Part shown: positions 33,621 through 42,821 of the stretch, piece by piece | How positions within the stretch are numbered: the stretch's first letter is position 1 | How the letters are laid out: each line of letters starts with the position of its first letter | DNA from: a virus | Strand: one strand, 5' to 3' | DNA length: 64,000 nucleotides | Virus record (IMG/VR): IMGVR_UViG_3300045051_000978 | Coordinates: 1 to 64,000 of that record | Program-made: the position numbers and the translations under genes | The notes under the pieces: model-generated | The model's database searches: none | Told to the model about the DNA's origin: nothing | Seen by the model: the letters and a program-made list of their open reading frames with translations, nothing else

Positions 33621-34163
33621 ATGAGCATGCCGCGCTGGACATCCGAACAGTGGAACCAACACCCCAAGCGAGATTCGCTTATCGCCGGGACAGCCTCGAC
33701 GCCGCCCTCGACGCCGAACGCAGCGCCTGAACCAAAAACTGCGCCCGAAAATCCTCCAGCAGAGAACGCCGAACGCAAAGTGAAAATTCACTCGTTCGTC
33801 GTCCCCACGGAGCCCATGGGCAAACCGCGGATGACACGCAGCGACTCCTGGCGAAAGCGACCGGTCGTCCTGCGCTATCGAGCCTTCTGCGACACGGTAC
33901 GCGAACACGCTGGGCAGGTACCCGACAACGTTTTCAGCGTCGCCGTCATCAGCTACATCCCAATGCCCGCATCCTGGAGCAACCGAAAGCGAGACGCGCT
34001 GCGGGGGACGATGATGCGCCAAAAGCCAGACTGCGACAACGTCCTCAAGGGTGTCATGGACGCTCTGTTTGAAGACGACTCAAGCGTCGCCATCGGCACA
34101 TCGGTCAAAGTCTGGTGCGACGAAGCCGACACCCAACTCAGCATTCACCTGATCCACCTATGA
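33621..34163 (+). CDS. RusA-like Holliday junction resolvase
   Basis: PMGKPRMT, KPDCDNVLKGVMDAL, EDDS. Confidence 0.88.
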   Translation: MSMPRWTSEQWNQHPKRDSLIAGTASTPPSTPNAAPEPKTAPENPPAENAERKVKIHSFVVPTEPMGKPRMTRSDSWRKRPVVLRYRAFCDTVREHAGQVPDNVFSVAVISYIPMPASWSNRKRDALRGTMMRQKPDCDNVLKGVMDALFEDDSSVAIGTSVKVWCDEADTQLSIHLIHL

Positions 34164-34507
34164 GTATGTTTACACAGTCCTACGTCGAAGAAGCTCACCG
34201 CATCGCGCTGGAAGCGTCGCTGCGCGGTCGGGCAGGGTTGACGCCTCCCCTGCTTCTCAAGCTCTACAAGCACGCGCACGACGCCGCGCTCACCGGACCG
34301 TCGAAGGAAAACGGATTCTTCCACTCCAGAATCCAGACCGAAGCCTACGTCATCGGAACGTGTACGGACGCGAAGACCGGCTTCTACGTGCAGCTGGTGA
34401 AGCGCAGCAATGAGCCGCACATGCTTCTGACCATCGGGCAGAAGTTCGCCATGGAAAACGTCGATGCTGTACGCGGCAACATCAACACCCAGTTCTGGCA
34501 GGCATGA
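34160..34507 (+). CDS. hypothetical protein
   Basis: Coupled at both ends by ATGA overlaps. Confidence 0.7.
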   Translation: MSMFTQSYVEEAHRIALEASLRGRAGLTPPLLLKLYKHAHDAALTGPSKENGFFHSRIQTEAYVIGTCTDAKTGFYVQLVKRSNEPHMLLTIGQKFAMENVDAVRGNINTQFWQA

Positions 34508-35304
34508 GCACGCATACGCGAACCTACGACGGGCGAGTTGAGGCGGTCATCGTCTGCCTGAACTACGCGGACTTCCTTGCCGAAACTCTGCCGCGCAACC
34601 TGTCTCACATCGACAGGTTGGTCGTTGTCACCGGCTTCGAGGATCACGCCACACGTGAAGTGTGCCGGCGATGGTCTGTTGAGTGCGTCGTCAGCGATGT
34701 GTTTACGGAAAAAGGGGAGACGTTCAACAAAGGCGCAGGGATCAACTTCGGCCTGGGCGCGATCCGACAGAAGGGCTGGATCATTCAGATGGACGCCGAT
34801 GTGGTTCTGCCGAACAACTTCCGGAACATGCTCGACAAGTCCGCTCTGGACCGAGGCTGCCTGTACGGGTGCGAGCGTGTGAACGTCGTCGGTTACGACC
34901 GCTGGGCCAAGCTGAAGGAGGAATGGTTTACCGATCCGCAGTTCGCCTACCGGTACCTTGTCAGCAGTTCGCCCGATCTCCCCATCGGCGCGAACGTCGT
35001 ACACAAACAGTACGGCTACGTGCCCATTGGATTCTTCCAGCTCTGGCACTCCGCCTACATGCACGAATACGAGCTGCGCTACCCTGAAACGGAGGGCACG
35101 GCCGAGAACATGGACGTGCAGTGGGCGCTCCGCTGGCCCCGCGCCAAACGGCGCATGCTTCCAACCTTCCGCGTCTTCCACCTGGAGAGCGAAGGCGCAC
35201 ACATGGGCGCAAACTGGAATGGGCGCAAGACCAAACCGTTTACACCAAACGGCCAGCCTATGCCAGTGCCGCAGCGACCGGCTGGCTACGGGTACTGCTC
35301 TTAG
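34504..35304 (+). CDS. GT-A fold glycosyltransferase
   Basis: FNKGAGIN, WIIQMDADV DxD motif, GFFQLW. Confidence 0.8.
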   Translation: MSTHTRTYDGRVEAVIVCLNYADFLAETLPRNLSHIDRLVVVTGFEDHATREVCRRWSVECVVSDVFTEKGETFNKGAGINFGLGAIRQKGWIIQMDADVVLPNNFRNMLDKSALDRGCLYGCERVNVVGYDRWAKLKEEWFTDPQFAYRYLVSSSPDLPIGANVVHKQYGYVPIGFFQLWHSAYMHEYELRYPETEGTAENMDVQWALRWPRAKRRMLPTFRVFHLESEGAHMGANWNGRKTKPFTPNGQPMPVPQRPAGYGYCS

Positions 35305-36949
35305 CGCAGTCGCTGTCCTTCGGAAGGAACTGGTTGACGTAGTTGACCAGCTCAACAGTCACCGGTTGGTTTTTCTGGCGCGCTGCAAGGCGCGCCAATT
35401 TGATCAGCGCCTTCACGCGCCGGCCACTGATCCCCTCGAACATGCTCGTCAGCGTGTCGATCTGGTCCTCGTCGAATTCCAGCAGGTAGTGATCCGAAAG
35501 AACGCGCCAGATGCGGCGCAGCGCTTCCTTCGTCGGGTAGGTGTACTCGATGTAGGCGGTAGCCCTGGAAAGAATGGCGTCGTCGATGATGGTGGCACGA
35601 TTCGAGGTCATGAAGAGCACGCCTCGATACGCTTCCAGGACGCGCAGGAAAACGCCCACAATGGCGTTTTGGTGAATGTCGTTCCCGCGTTCGTGGATGT
35701 ATACGTCCGCCTCGTCGATCAAGAGAATGGCGTTCCAACGCGTTGCGCGCTGCAACACCTTGCGCAGCTCCTTTTCAAGAGCCTCCTCGTCGGTGCCAAG
35801 CTGTGAACACTGCACCTCGTAGAGCGGGCGCTTGATCTGTTCGCTGAAGACTTGCGCCGTGAGCGTCTTACCCGTTCCAGGCGGACCAACGCAGATGACG
35901 ACAACGCCGCCCGTCTTGCCCTTGACGATGTCCTCCATCAACTGGCTGGACCCCGCAACCAGCATGCCGACCAGCGTCTTTCGGTCCTCGGGCAGCACCA
36001 GCTTGTCGATCACAGTCTCGTCGTAAACGTATTCGACGAGGTAGCTCACGTGCACCTGAAAATGCTGGTGAGCCTGGAGATCGAACACCGTGACATACGG
36101 GTGCAACGGCACCTCGGCAACTTCCTCGTCATCTGAATCCGGATCAGGAGTTTGACTCTCCGTCTTCCAAAACGAAGTCGAAGCGATGCTCGGACGCGAC
36201 CTGGACGACTTTTCCTCTCCGTTTTCTCCGCCTTCGTCCACGACAACCCGCGCCGGCTGACCCTCGCGCTCAAGGCTGACCCACTCGCGCCCGTAGCCCC
36301 ACGACGAAGCGGCCATGCCGTACCCATGAAACTGGTGGCCGATTTTTGCAGCCACCTCACGGTAACGGTCGATGGTGCCCTCGTACTCCTCAACCATGGA
36401 AGGCGTTTCCAAGTAGTAGCCTCTGGAGTTGAGCAGCTCGATGATGGTCTTGCGCTGGAAAATGTCGTCGCTGTAGAAGGTCAACATTTTGTCCGTGTTG
36501 CCGCCTCGCGTGGCGTACACCATTTTGATCGTGGCGTGCGCAGGCCCGCGGTCACGACTGCCCGGCGTGTAGTTGGCATCCACCACGTAAAGCGGCAGGG
36601 CTGCGCCGTCCTCCTCGTTCGCGTAAAACAGCCACTTGTGCGGCAGTGCCCCGACGCAGTGCTTCACAGCCACAGGCACCTGTTCAAGCTTGGTGATCGG
36701 CGCGCCGCCTGGCTTCGCTTTGAGCTTCAACCAGGAGTTGATCTTGTTGATCACTCCACGCGTTTTTTCATTTTGCAGGGTGCCCAGGTAGGCCAGGACG
36801 GCGCGAATCTCGATGTCCGTGAACTTGCCCAGCTCAATGTCGGCCATGGCGTCGTCGCCACGATACCGAAACGTCTCGATGAACTCGTCACGCAACGCCT
36901 TCTGCGTCACGAGTGCTCTGATCCAGGAACCCTTGAGATTTACGCGCAT
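35258..36949 (-). CDS. AAA+ ATPase
   Basis: GPPGTGKT, LLIDEADV, FLRVLE, MTSNR, DDAILSR. Confidence 0.92.
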   Translation of the reverse strand: MRVNLKGSWIRALVTQKALRDEFIETFRYRGDDAMADIELGKFTDIEIRAVLAYLGTLQNEKTRGVINKINSWLKLKAKPGGAPITKLEQVPVAVKHCVGALPHKWLFYANEEDGAALPLYVVDANYTPGSRDRGPAHATIKMVYATRGGNTDKMLTFYSDDIFQRKTIIELLNSRGYYLETPSMVEEYEGTIDRYREVAAKIGHQFHGYGMAASSWGYGREWVSLEREGQPARVVVDEGGENGEEKSSRSRPSIASTSFWKTESQTPDPDSDDEEVAEVPLHPYVTVFDLQAHQHFQVHVSYLVEYVYDETVIDKLVLPEDRKTLVGMLVAGSSQLMEDIVKGKTGGVVVICVGPPGTGKTLTAQVFSEQIKRPLYEVQCSQLGTDEEALEKELRKVLQRATRWNAILLIDEADVYIHERGNDIHQNAIVGVFLRVLEAYRGVLFMTSNRATIIDDAILSRATAYIEYTYPTKEALRRIWRVLSDHYLLEFDEDQIDTLTSMFEGISGRRVKALIKLARLAARQKNQPVTVELVNYVNQFLPKDSDCAKSSTRSQPVAAALA

Positions 36950-36957
36950 AGAAGAGG

Positions 36958-37031
36958 TGGTGCCTGCGGCAGGAATCGAACCCGCTTGTCCCGGTTTAGA
37001 GTCGGTAGGCCAGCCAATGGCCCACGCAGGC
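36958..37031 (-). tRNA. amber suppressor tRNA (anticodon CTA)
   Basis: GCCTGCG/CGCAGGC acceptor stem, anticodon loop CTCTAAA, canonical TTCGATT T-loop, CCA. Confidence 0.85.
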
Positions 37032-37039
37032 TTTCAAAA

Positions 37040-37068
37040 TGTTTACACTTTTTCGCGAAACGGGTCAA
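37040..37068 (-). promoter_or_regulatory. sigma70-like promoter for the suppressor tRNA and AAA ATPase
   Basis: TTGACC-17 nt-TAAACA immediately upstream of the tRNA. Confidence 0.5.
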
Positions 37069-37270
37069 GCGTTTCGGTTCTAAGAACTGATGAACGTGCC
37101 AGAAGTGCATACCCTTCAGTTCAGCGCCAGCACGCTTTCCCAGAGGCTCAGCATGTCCTGGGTTTTCGCCAAAGCGGCGCTGATGGTTTTGTTTACGGGC
37201 ACGTCGCGCTTGCCGTTCCGCAAGAAAATAGAACCTTGACTGCGGTAGTGAAATCGTTTACAGGTCCGCC

Positions 37271-37444
37271 ATGGCAAAAAAGTATACACGCCACTCGGGA
37301 GCTGATGCTCGGAGCGTCATCCTGACTTTCCGCATCAGTAAATCAGACCTTCGTGCCCTTCGCAGCGTCAGGGTTCCACGTCGCGAAACGGACAACACTG
37401 CTGCCCGTCGCATCGTCCTGGCCCACCTTGGACTGGCCGCATGA
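37271..37444 (+). CDS. 57-aa ribbon-helix-helix-like protein
   Basis: VILTFRISKSDLRALR pattern; TTGACT upstream; ATGA-coupled to 37441. Confidence 0.55.
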   Translation: MAKKYTRHSGADARSVILTFRISKSDLRALRSVRVPRRETDNTAARRIVLAHLGLAA

Positions 37445-37710
37445 AAGCGCCTCCTCAATTCAACCAGCGGGAGATCAACGATCTGAAGGACGTGATCATT
37501 CTGCACCTCGTGGAAATGGCCGAGGCCAACTACGAGGGAGACCTGCACGCGAAGCTGGTAACGGGTAAACCGCTCGACCAGGGCGAATGCGGGCACTACG
37601 TCGATCTCATGCGAAGGCAGAACTTGCCTGACCGCTTTCGCCCCCTACTCGATAAGCTGGAACGCCTTGCTCGCGAAAGTACGCCGCATCCTGCTTCGTC
37701 CGCGCCTTGA
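37441..37710 (+). CDS. hypothetical protein
   Basis: 89 aa coupled ORF; its 3' end overlaps the convergent gene. Confidence 0.55.
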   Translation: MKAPPQFNQREINDLKDVIILHLVEMAEANYEGDLHAKLVTGKPLDQGECGHYVDLMRRQNLPDRFRPLLDKLERLARESTPHPASSAP

Positions 37711-38107
37711 CCTTGTAGGTTCGGAACACCTGATCGAGTGCTTTGCCGTCAATCGGCTTGGCCAGAATACCCACGACGCCGATCTCGGCAGCCTGCTGAG
37801 CGGCGTTGCTTTGCGTATACCCGGTGACGATGACCACAGGGACGTTGGGCCACTTGGCCTTGATAGCGCGCAGCACGTCCACGCCACTGATCCCGGGCAG
37901 GCACAGGTTGAGGAAAATCAGGTCGAACGGTCCAAGCTGGTCGATGCACGCCAAGGCATCTTCGCCCGTCTTCGCCCACTTCAGCTCGCACTCGTATTGG
38001 TGCTCAAGCCAGTATACAATTCCTGCGCCTACCGCTTCGTCGTCCTCCACTAGTAGCAGCTTTGGCGGACGAATCAGCGTTTCGAGCAGCGCAGTGACGG
38101 AACTCAC
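37607..38107 (-). CDS. response-regulator receiver domain (pseudo-receiver)
   Basis: LLLVEDD, FDLIFLNLCLPGISG (Asn at the phospho-Asp site), IVTG, LAKP. Confidence 0.88.
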   Translation of the reverse strand: MSSVTALLETLIRPPKLLLVEDDEAVGAGIVYWLEHQYECELKWAKTGEDALACIDQLGPFDLIFLNLCLPGISGVDVLRAIKAKWPNVPVVIVTGYTQSNAAQQAAEIGVVGILAKPIDGKALDQVFRTYKVKARTKQDAAYFREQGVPAYRVGGESGQASSAFA

Positions 38108-38502
38108 GGCTTCATCCAGTCGATCACGGTTTTGAGCACGACGGGTATCACAATCGTCGCCAGCCAAAACAAAATACCGGTCTTCCCGACGACAGCCGAC
38201 TTCCAGTCGCGCAAAGCCTGAACCTGTCCGCTGATCTCGCTGACCGCCTTGTCGTGGTTATCGATTTTCGGATCGATCTTGCCCTTCCACTCTTCGGCAT
38301 TCGACTGCCGGCGTGCCAAATCCACGACCATGCGATTCTGGTGCGCCAAGGACTGGAACATCCACTCGTACTGGTTCTCCAGGCGGCTGAGCGTCTCGAT
38401 CATGTGCCGCTCACCGTCGCTCAGCTTCCCAAGCAGATGCACCGGGATCGTCGATTTGAACTCCCGGCTGACCAATGGCTCGTATAGTCCAGGATCGGTC
38501 AT
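38104..38502 (-). CDS. coiled-coil protein with C-terminal TM helix
   Basis: C-terminal GILFWLATIVIPVVL; TATTTA upstream of ATG 38502. Confidence 0.7.
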   Translation of the reverse strand: MTDPGLYEPLVSREFKSTIPVHLLGKLSDGERHMIETLSRLENQYEWMFQSLAHQNRMVVDLARRQSNAEEWKGKIDPKIDNHDKAVSEISGQVQALRDWKSAVVGKTGILFWLATIVIPVVLKTVIDWMKP

Positions 38503-38585
38503 TGTCCTAAATAGCGTGGTCACACCGTTGTAGGCACGAGAAATATAAGCGTGACGCCACGCCTAAAATTGTATACAGTTCTCGT

Positions 38586-39674
38586 GTGAAGCCAAACGAG
38601 ATCGTTGAGATCATCGCCCGAGACTTCCCGGACACCTGGAAGCTCTGCCACCCAAGGCGAATTCTGCCACCCACTGGCTTCGTCAATCCAAAGCTGTACA
38701 GCGCCGCGATTTGGAGCCACGTGCGCCTCTGGTCAGACAACCAACTCGTGGCACAGCCGCACTTCACAACAGCAACCAGCTCCATGGCTTTGATCGCATC
38801 GGGCGTTCCGACGTACTTCGTCGATCCTGAGTTTTCGAGAGCAGTTGCACGCACACGTATCCCTGAAGGGCTAAGGCTGTCCGACCTGCGTTGGCCGCTC
38901 GCGTCGATGCTGCTGTGTCTGCACCCGTCCTTCGCGAAGGAATTTTTCGGCTACGACGTGCCCTTCATCAGTTTGAGTCGGTTGCCCGCTGGTAACTACC
39001 CCGACTGCTTGACCAAGATTCCGTGGGGTAGATTTTTCGGGCACGGCCAAGGGTTGACGTACACCAGCGACCGCATGAACATCGTCGGGTACTTCATCAT
39101 TTCAGACCCGTCCTTTCCGACAGAGTATTCTGGCACGTATCCGCTACACGCCGACCTGAATAGCGTCAAGGACGCGCCGTTCAGCGATGCCACACCGTCA
39201 GAGTGTGCTCAACTTGGCATCGCCGTCCCAACGGGAGGCACGACAGAGGAAGAAGATCGCACGCACAGCGAGCGCCTTCTATCGTTCGCAGTCAAGATGC
39301 TGCTGGTGCTGAGCGCAGCGCCCAGAACAGTGCGCTCTGGCGGGCTCGCAAGACCCATCAAGCTGAAGAAAGGACGCGTGGTGCAGGAGGAGCTGTGGCA
39401 CCCGAACGTCATCGGTTTCGGCTACAGGATCAGCAACAAGAGCGCGCCCAACCACGGCACGCACGCAGCACCTGGATTTCATATTCGATGGGGTCACTTC
39501 ACGCACCAAGTCAAGGGATCACGAGGTCCTGACTTTGTGTCTACAAGTCAGCTGCCGAAGAAAGCCGACGGTCAGATTGATTGGTCCCGGGTTGACGAGG
39601 ACACGCGGCTGCGCTTCTGGCAGAATCATGAAATCCGCTGGATTGAGCCTGTTGCCGTGAACACGCCGGCATAA
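38586..39674 (+). CDS. phage hypothetical protein
   Basis: 362 aa; HIRWGHF and RWIEPVAVN motifs. Confidence 0.8.
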   Translation: MKPNEIVEIIARDFPDTWKLCHPRRILPPTGFVNPKLYSAAIWSHVRLWSDNQLVAQPHFTTATSSMALIASGVPTYFVDPEFSRAVARTRIPEGLRLSDLRWPLASMLLCLHPSFAKEFFGYDVPFISLSRLPAGNYPDCLTKIPWGRFFGHGQGLTYTSDRMNIVGYFIISDPSFPTEYSGTYPLHADLNSVKDAPFSDATPSECAQLGIAVPTGGTTEEEDRTHSERLLSFAVKMLLVLSAAPRTVRSGGLARPIKLKKGRVVQEELWHPNVIGFGYRISNKSAPNHGTHAAPGFHIRWGHFTHQVKGSRGPDFVSTSQLPKKADGQIDWSRVDEDTRLRFWQNHEIRWIEPVAVNTPA

Positions 39675-39680
39675 TTGAGG

Positions 39681-39709
39681 TTGACGCAAGCGACGAATTC
39701 GTATACACT
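39681..39709 (+). promoter_or_regulatory. sigma70-like promoter
   Basis: TTGACG-17 nt-TACACT, 6 nt before ATG 39716 (probably leaderless). Confidence 0.65.
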
Positions 39710-39715
39710 TTGTCC

Positions 39716-40114
39716 ATGCTTGAAATCGGCAAGACAAGGCAGGTGCGCGTCAGGCGTCGTGTAAACAAGAAGCTCGTTTACACCGACGAGACCAAGATCG
39801 TGGCCCGAGAAATCTGGGCTCAGACGAAGGATGAACTGGGCGGACACTTCGGACCCGACCGTCACCGCCGGCTCGTCGTTGGCCTCGTTGCCGGCGATGT
39901 GCTGGTCCTGTACCCGAAGGGAACGCGTCAGCAGGTCACCGTGCAGCTCAAAGACGTGTACGGCTGGGCCGTGCGCTCGAAGGCGCTGCGCACGCAGTTG
40001 GAGAAGGCCCGTGAGCGTAAGGCCAAACTGGCAGAGCAGCGCGAGGCGCGCAGGCGCGATGCTGCCGAACGAAGACTGCGCGATCAGGCCAGAAAGGACC
40101 GCAATGCGCAATAG
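39716..40114 (+). CDS. basic hypothetical protein
   Basis: ORF directly behind the sigma70-like promoter. Confidence 0.7.
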   Translation: MLEIGKTRQVRVRRRVNKKLVYTDETKIVAREIWAQTKDELGGHFGPDRHRRLVVGLVAGDVLVLYPKGTRQQVTVQLKDVYGWAVRSKALRTQLEKARERKAKLAEQREARRRDAAERRLRDQARKDRNAQ

Positions 40115-40448
40115 CCTCTTGATCGCACTGGCAGCCGTGGCTTGCTCGTGCACGACCGTCTACGAAGCCCAGGGACCGTGTCAGCCCTCGCGCTCGAACA
40201 TGGCCGACCACACCGTCCTCAACAACACGCGCCTCAAGCTCGACGTGATCCAGGACGGCAAGACGGTTTACGCAGGTCTGAATCCGGGACAGTCCATCGG
40301 CGTGCGCCCGCGGCTCTGGAACGGTGTCTCCTGCGTGTCGGTCACCGGCTACACCGCCGAAGGCGATTACGTCGGCGCAGCCAACTGGGCGTTCATGTGG
40401 AACGTGCCTGAAACCTGGATCGTCTCCAGTCTCCAGCCTGCGCGCTAG
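40104..40448 (+). CDS. putative lipoprotein
   Basis: MRNSLLIALAAVACSC lipobox-like signal peptide. Confidence 0.65.
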   Translation: MRNSLLIALAAVACSCTTVYEAQGPCQPSRSNMADHTVLNNTRLKLDVIQDGKTVYAGLNPGQSIGVRPRLWNGVSCVSVTGYTAEGDYVGAANWAFMWNVPETWIVSSLQPAR

Positions 40449-40885
40449 CCGAGCATCCGCCGAACGATCTCACCTGCCGCCGTCTCAACCTGCGTCGCCT
40501 GCTGGCGCACCATGTTGAGACGTTTTTCTTTTTCAGGACCGTCTGCCATCGCCTGCGCCTGCTCCCAGGCGGCGAGAACGCCGTCAGGCGTCAGCACCTG
40601 CTCATCCGCGAAGTCGCGCCCCCACGGGTTTGCGATCTCAGTGCTCCGCGCTTCCTCGGCCGTCTCGGCGATCAAACGTCGGTCGTCATCACGCATCCGC
40701 TCGAAGTATGCGGTGGCGCGCCGAGCCGCAAAGGGCTCGCTGACCAGGGCCACACCGCGCCACTCTCGGCCAGCGAAGCTCTCGCGCAGCACACCGCGCT
40801 CCAGCACGCTGAAGTGGGTGCCGCCCTCGTTGCGGATTTCAACGCCGGGGTACCTCGGGTCGGTGTAGATTCGTGGCTCGCTCAT
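40445..40885 (-). CDS. hypothetical protein
   Basis: 146 aa; TACTTA upstream; C-terminal EIVRRML. Confidence 0.7.
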   Translation of the reverse strand: MSEPRIYTDPRYPGVEIRNEGGTHFSVLERGVLRESFAGREWRGVALVSEPFAARRATAYFERMRDDDRRLIAETAEEARSTEIANPWGRDFADEQVLTPDGVLAAWEQAQAMADGPEKEKRLNMVRQQATQVETAAGEIVRRMLG

Positions 40886-40959
40886 GCCTTCTGGGTTTAA
40901 GTACCTCGCGGTAATTAGGGTATGCGGGCTCCGCCGGCAATCCAGCCAAATCCAGCACC

Positions 40960-42129
40960 GTGAGCAACGTCTGTGTCTACGCCTATTCCGATGCAGCCGG
41001 CGTCCGAAAATACGTCGATAACACGGATTTCAACTTCACGGGCACTTGGTCCGCGTACGGCAGCTACGTCAGCGACCGCGACGTGGTTGTCTACAGCGAC
41101 ACCAAGTACATGTCCATCCGGACGAATGTCGGAGCCAATCCGATAGCACCGGTCACCAGGACACAGCCCGCAAAGTGGTCCCCGCTGGTGCTCCTCTACG
41201 AGTACCAGTGCAGCGGCGGTTCTGGCACAACGTCCCCTGGAGAGGATGCTGTCGCCCGGCAGATTGCCAGCGACGCCTACGCGCTCGCGCAAATCGGCAC
41301 CAACACTGGAACTGCCGCCTACGACCTGGCTGCAAGCGCTTACGCTCTCGCCCAAATCGGGACCAACACGGGCACCGCGGCCTACGACCTGGCAGCGGCG
41401 GCGTATGCCCTCGCGCTCTCCGGCACCGGTTCGTACATCCACGACGCTCCAGACACGGTCAAGGACTACCACATCGACTGGGGCAGCGGAACCAACCAGG
41501 TCGATGCGAGCGACGTGCCATACGCCAGCAGTGTCTACAGCACGGTGGCGGCTGCACTCGATTACCTGCTCTACGTGCCGGTGAGCATCAGCTCGTTCAC
41601 GAACAACGTTGGCACGGTGGAGATCGGCAGTTCCGTCGGCTCAGTGCAGATCGACTGGGCACTCAACAAGACGATTCAGACCCAGGTCGTGTCTCCCATC
41701 GGATCGCTGGCTGCTGCGCTTCGGACGTACACAGAAACCGGGCCGTTCACGTCTACTCGGACGTACGGTCTCACCGTCAGCGACGGCACTACGAACGCCA
41801 ACGCATCCACCTCCGTGAATTTCCGTCAGAAGCGCTACTGGGGCGTTTCGGCCAACACTTCGTTGACGGACCCGCAGATTCTGGCGCTGAGCAGCGAATT
41901 CGCGACGAGCCGAGCCCAGACACGCTCATTTACGCCGTCGGCGCAGTACATCTACTTCGCGTATCCGACCTCGTTTGGATCAGCGACGTTCACGGTCAAC
42001 GGACTGCTCAACACCGCCTGGACTCTGGTTCAGCGCACGTTTGTAAACGCTTCAGGATACAGCGAGCAGTACAACATCTACAGGTCGGACAACCTGCTGA
42101 CCGGGAGCTTCAGCGTGACCATCAGCTGA
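40960..42129 (+). CDS. tail fibre-like virion protein with QIGTNTGTAAY repeats
   Basis: Ser/Thr-rich; N-terminus and repeats shared with 51280-53127. Confidence 0.8.
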   Translation: MSNVCVYAYSDAAGVRKYVDNTDFNFTGTWSAYGSYVSDRDVVVYSDTKYMSIRTNVGANPIAPVTRTQPAKWSPLVLLYEYQCSGGSGTTSPGEDAVARQIASDAYALAQIGTNTGTAAYDLAASAYALAQIGTNTGTAAYDLAAAAYALALSGTGSYIHDAPDTVKDYHIDWGSGTNQVDASDVPYASSVYSTVAAALDYLLYVPVSISSFTNNVGTVEIGSSVGSVQIDWALNKTIQTQVVSPIGSLAAALRTYTETGPFTSTRTYGLTVSDGTTNANASTSVNFRQKRYWGVSANTSLTDPQILALSSEFATSRAQTRSFTPSAQYIYFAYPTSFGSATFTVNGLLNTAWTLVQRTFVNASGYSEQYNIYRSDNLLTGSFSVTIS

Positions 42130-42132
42130 TCT

Positions 42133-42762
42133 ATGGCCACAATCCCAGGCACAATCGTTTCTGCCAAGGTCACCACAGGTGACACAGCCAACACGTATCC
42201 GGTAGCCGACCAGAGCGAAATCAGGGGCGGCAACCACTCCGTTGAAACGCTCACGGATCGGGACAACATCCCGGCCGAGCGGCGCATGGAGGGCATGACC
42301 TGCTGGGTCGGCTCCGAAGGCAAGGAGTACCGACTCGTCAACGGCACGAACAATGGCGATTGGCTGGAAGTCGTCGATGGTGGGGGTGCCAGCGGCACCT
42401 ACGTACTCAAAACCGGCGACACCATGAGCGGCCGGCTCGAAGCGCCGGCCTTTCGTGTCCAGGAAGAGGTCGTTGTTTTCGGCACTTCCGTCGTGGCCAA
42501 CTTCGACGGCAAGGCGTTTCAAACGGGAACGCTTACCAGCAACGGCACGTTCTCGACGACCAACCGGGGGCTCGGCAAGCAGGTAGCTCTACGTATTTTT
42601 TCAGACGGCACCGACCATGAGCTGGTCACGACGAGCGGCATTCGCTCGCTCAAAAACCCGCCGCCATTCTTCCTCCAGGCCGGCAAGATCGCCATCGCCT
42701 CCTTCGCCAGCTTTGGTGCGTCCGAAAACGACACGGTCATGGTCTTTGTCGAGGAGGGCTGA
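42133..42762 (+). CDS. tail-associated protein
   Basis: RDNIPAERRMEGM and YVLKTGDTMSG fibre motifs. Confidence 0.8.
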   Translation: MATIPGTIVSAKVTTGDTANTYPVADQSEIRGGNHSVETLTDRDNIPAERRMEGMTCWVGSEGKEYRLVNGTNNGDWLEVVDGGGASGTYVLKTGDTMSGRLEAPAFRVQEEVVVFGTSVVANFDGKAFQTGTLTSNGTFSTTNRGLGKQVALRIFSDGTDHELVTTSGIRSLKNPPPFFLQAGKIAIASFASFGASENDTVMVFVEEG

Positions 42763-42821
42763 ACCAACAAGAATCAACCACGCCGTAGTTAAACGAAACG
42801 GCACAACGAGCCCAAGATCAC

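Noticed and set aside
36958-37031. tRNA-Pyl
   Set aside because: It has a normal D-loop and canonical TTCGA T-loop, lacks Pyl-specific features, and no pyl genes are visible.
41046-42182. 378-aa alternative-frame ORF in the fibre gene
   Set aside because: Arg-rich frame shadow of the real CDS with no motif support.
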